From Candidatus Latescibacterota bacterium (lineage in GTDB: Bacteria > Latescibacterota > UBA2968 > GCA-2709665), in contig CAXXXF010000018.1 in the NCBI GenBank assembly GCA_963667175.2, positions 160,001 to 224,000 on the forward strand: DNA of 64,000 nucleotides. Reading direction: 5' to 3'. The notes under the pieces were generated by a model. The model saw only the letters and a program-made list of their open reading frames with translations, had not been told where the DNA came from and did not search any database. The position numbers and the translations under genes were made by a program. Positions 63,204 to 64,000 of the stretch are shown here, in pieces. Within the stretch, counting starts at the first letter, position 1; each line of letters opens with the position of its first letter.

Positions 63204-64000
63204 ATGAACCCGGAATTCATGATCGCCCGCAGGCATTTCCGGTCTCTCCGCTCCCGGAGGCGCATCTCCTTTACGATGTTTATTGCAGCAATAGGCGTGG
63301 CGCTGGGCGTGTCATCGCTGGTGATCGTCATGTCCGTCATGAACGGATATACGAATATGATCCGCCAGCGCCTTCTGGGTGTAAACGCGCACGTGACCGT
63401 CCGCAAGTCCTTTCGCAAGCCGATTGCGGATTTCAGGCCGGTCGTCGGCGCCCTGGAAGGCCACCCTGAAGTGAGTGCGGCGTCGCCATTCATCCACGCG
63501 GAGGGGTTTGTCTTCCGGAAGCCCGCCGGAGCGGGCGCGGTCAAGTCGGGTGTTCTGGTGCGAGGAGTGGATCCGGAGGCCTTTGCCCGCACCAGCGACG
63601 TGGGACTGTACATTCAGAAAGGAACGATAGACCTCGGTCCGTGGGAGAAACAGGGTTCGCGTGCGGTATACGGAATGGTGTTGGGGCAGGTACTGGCGCA
63701 AAAGCTGGATGCGGCGCCCGGAGACGACGTGTTCCTGGGTCTGGCGCCGAAGGACGTGTTCAGCGGACGCGGACGCCGGTGGCAGCGTTACCGGGTAACC
63801 GGCGTCTTCAATACGGGCTATTTCGAGTTCGATTCTCGCCTCATCTATATTTCTCTGGCGGCCGCCAGACGGGACCTGGGATGGCAGGAAGTTGTCACGG
63901 GAATCCGCCTGCGGCTGCGGAATCCGATGGAAGCCGACCGGATGGGCGAGACGCTCAGACAGGTCCTGCGTGAGGCGCATCCCGGTCTGTTCGCGACGTC
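63204..64000 (+). CDS. Lipoprotein-releasing ABC transporter permease LolC/E (3' truncated; absent from ORF track)
   Basis: MNPEFMIARRHF...IAAIGVALGVSSLVIVMSVMNGY...RLLGVNAHV...VRGVDP...VTGVFNTGYFEFD. Confidence 0.92.
   Translation, partial: MNPEFMIARRHFRSLRSRRRISFTMFIAAIGVALGVSSLVIVMSVMNGYTNMIRQRLLGVNAHVTVRKSFRKPIADFRPVVGALEGHPEVSAASPFIHAEGFVFRKPAGAGAVKSGVLVRGVDPEAFARTSDVGLYIQKGTIDLGPWEKQGSRAVYGMVLGQVLAQKLDAAPGDDVFLGLAPKDVFSGRGRRWQRYRVTGVFNTGYFEFDSRLIYISLAAARRDLGWQEVVTGIRLRLRNPMEADRMGETLRQVLREAHPGLFAT

Overview
GC-rich bacterial chromosomal window with about 50 protein-coding genes. I found no rRNA, tRNA, CRISPR array, integrase, transposase or reverse transcriptase. Dockerin-like DFDGDG.VGF.DF..FA modules, NHL/FG-GAP/ASPIC surface proteins and many Gfo/Idh/MocA and enolase-family enzymes resemble Latescibacterota/Gemmatimonadota-type marine or sponge-associated bacteria; this is inference only. 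Main blocks: (1) a FadR-regulated, 9-gene corrinoid methyl-transfer cluster with two unknown proteins (2.4-11.5 kb); (2) an unusual sugar-phosphate cluster (IMPase, LbH acyltransferase, GHMP kinase, nagA) followed by recD2; (3) a DUF4258/DUF2283 TA pair split by a 290-bp MITE with target-site duplication; (4) lepA-lepB-hemW-thrB-wza-wzz-MetE-like-giant surface protein-tsaC; (5) a PIN-pair islet and catabolic enzymes; (6) lon, followed by a plastic region where MNT-HEPN copies in different states of decay alternate with duplicated metalloproteases and PhoX; (7) a UGA-recoded SelW/Rdx selenoprotein missed by the ORF track; (8) an M32 peptidase operon, rsgA and lolC/E. Non-coding highlights are a ~90-nt structured element present twice directly behind sigma70 promoters, two MITEs, a 70-bp dispersed repeat and REP-like palindromes. 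All family assignments are from motif recognition by eye, not database searches.
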